Positions 34,826-35,619 of a stretch of DNA of 35,619 nucleotides are shown piece by piece (the stretch's first letter is position 1; each line of letters opens with the position of its first letter). Both the position numbers and the translations under genes were made by a program. This DNA comes from a virus (Duplodnaviria > Caudoviricetes), in the IMG/VR virus record IMGVR_UViG_3300020045_004184, positions 1-35,619 of that record; one strand, 5' to 3'. The notes under the pieces are model-generated. The model ran no database searches. It saw only the letters and a list, made by a program, of their open reading frames with translations, and was not told the DNA's origin.

Positions 34826-35074
34826 ATGATAAAATTAAAAACAAAAGCAATAATTTCTTCTATTACTACAGATGAATTGTATTTAAATTTTAGAATTTTA
34901 GAAATTGAGTATTTTATATGTAATAAAAAATGTAATTTTGTATATGTATTTGATATTACAAATAAAAAAGAATTAAAAGAAATGGATAAGTTATTGAATG
35001 AAATTAATAAAAATAGAGAAGTATTTATAAAATTTAGTATAGGGGGGGGGCATAAAGCCCCTTATTTGTCCTAG
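34826..35074 (+). CDS. AT-rich hypothetical protein (inserted cassette)
   Basis: AAGGGG RBS before MIKLKTK; ends in a G9 tract and hairpin. Confidence 0.6.
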   Translation: MIKLKTKAIISSITTDELYLNFRILEIEYFICNKKCNFVYVFDITNKKELKEMDKLLNEINKNREVFIKFSIGGGHKAPYLS

Positions 35075-35421
35075 TTTTCCAGCAAAGTAGCTACAAGACC
35101 AGTTCCACCAGTAATGGCGATTGTTCCGTTTAGATACGCTGAAATGCTATCGGTATAGATAGACTTAACCGCACCCGCTGCGATTGAACCAACGCTAAAA
35201 CCTGCGCTAACGTCAATTGCGCCAATACCAGTTACATTTACAGTCGTGCCACTTGCACCGTCAATAACGGGAGTAAGTGCGCCTGCTGTTGCGTTTCTAA
35301 GCACTAATACTTGCTGAACACCTGCACGATATACAAAAGTATCAAGCGTTCCCGTGAGTACCGTTTCGGTAACGGCTACTACACCGCTTACATTTGTTTT
35401 GGTTGCTGCGATTGTTGCCAT
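35071..35421 (-). CDS. Virion structural protein (possible head decoration)
   Basis: T/G/A/V-rich beta protein in the head region; GAGGA RBS. Confidence 0.6.
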   Translation of the reverse strand: MATIAATKTNVSGVVAVTETVLTGTLDTFVYRAGVQQVLVLRNATAGALTPVIDGASGTTVNVTGIGAIDVSAGFSVGSIAAGAVKSIYTDSISAYLNGTIAITGGTGLVATLLEN

Positions 35422-35424
35422 TTG

Positions 35425-35601
35425 TTATTCCTCTTTAGATTTTTTTAATTGCCCGATTTTACTCAACTTTGGAGCTTTTTCGCATTGTTTCTCTTCACCT
35501 TGGAATTGAGCATCAATAATCTTAAGCCCTGCTTTTTGAGCCAACTCTTTTACATTCTCGCTATATTGATAAAGTGGGTGTTCTACGTACCAAATTTCCA
35601 T
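35425..35601 (-). CDS. 58-aa conserved phage head-region protein
   Basis: MEIWYVEHPLYQYSENVKELAQKAGLKIIDAQF...; AAGGA RBS. Confidence 0.65.
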   Translation of the reverse strand: MEIWYVEHPLYQYSENVKELAQKAGLKIIDAQFQGEEKQCEKAPKLSKIGQLKKSKEE

Positions 35602-35619
35602 TGTAATCCTTTAAATGTC

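Noticed and set aside
1-35619. Genome-wide TAG reassignment (genetic code 15)
   Set aside because: Genes ending at 5167, 31572, 33078 and 35071 stop at TAG at natural ends, long genes have no internal TAG, and no suppressor tRNA is present.

Overview
This AT-rich window is most of a tailed phage genome (siphovirus-type, lambda-like gene set). The host is probably Campylobacterota, inferred from TGnTATAAT promoters, AAGG(A/G) ribosome-binding sites and an SSB tail ending IDIDPEQIPF. A divergent control region lies at about 5.9 kb. Leftward from it run a cluster of three structured non-coding units, a Cro-like HTH gene, small genes, a HAD phosphatase, terS, terL and the portal (cut off at the left edge). 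Rightward run ERF, YqaJ, NinB-like, SSB, DUF1064 and HNH-like genes, a Rha/KilAC antirepressor, a replication initiator with internal iterons, a second HAD paralog, many small accessory genes, and a helicase plus DNA methyltransferase. The minus strand from 35.6 to 21 kb carries head-tail joining, tail, tape measure, tail tip/fibre and lysis genes. Four plus-strand cassettes with related promoters interrupt the minus-strand structural and packaging genes. No integrase or CI-type repressor is recognisable. The strongest candidate novelty is an RNA layer: (i) a tRNA mimic at 5809-5880 with intact D- and T-arms, no anticodon arm and a 14-bp acceptor helix, heading two more stem-closed units; (ii) promoter-proximal leaders whose hairpin loops pair with downstream sequence; (iii) a promoter-plus-terminator sRNA of about 50 nt complementary to phage ribosome-binding sites. 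All family assignments are by eye from motifs and synteny; no searches were run.
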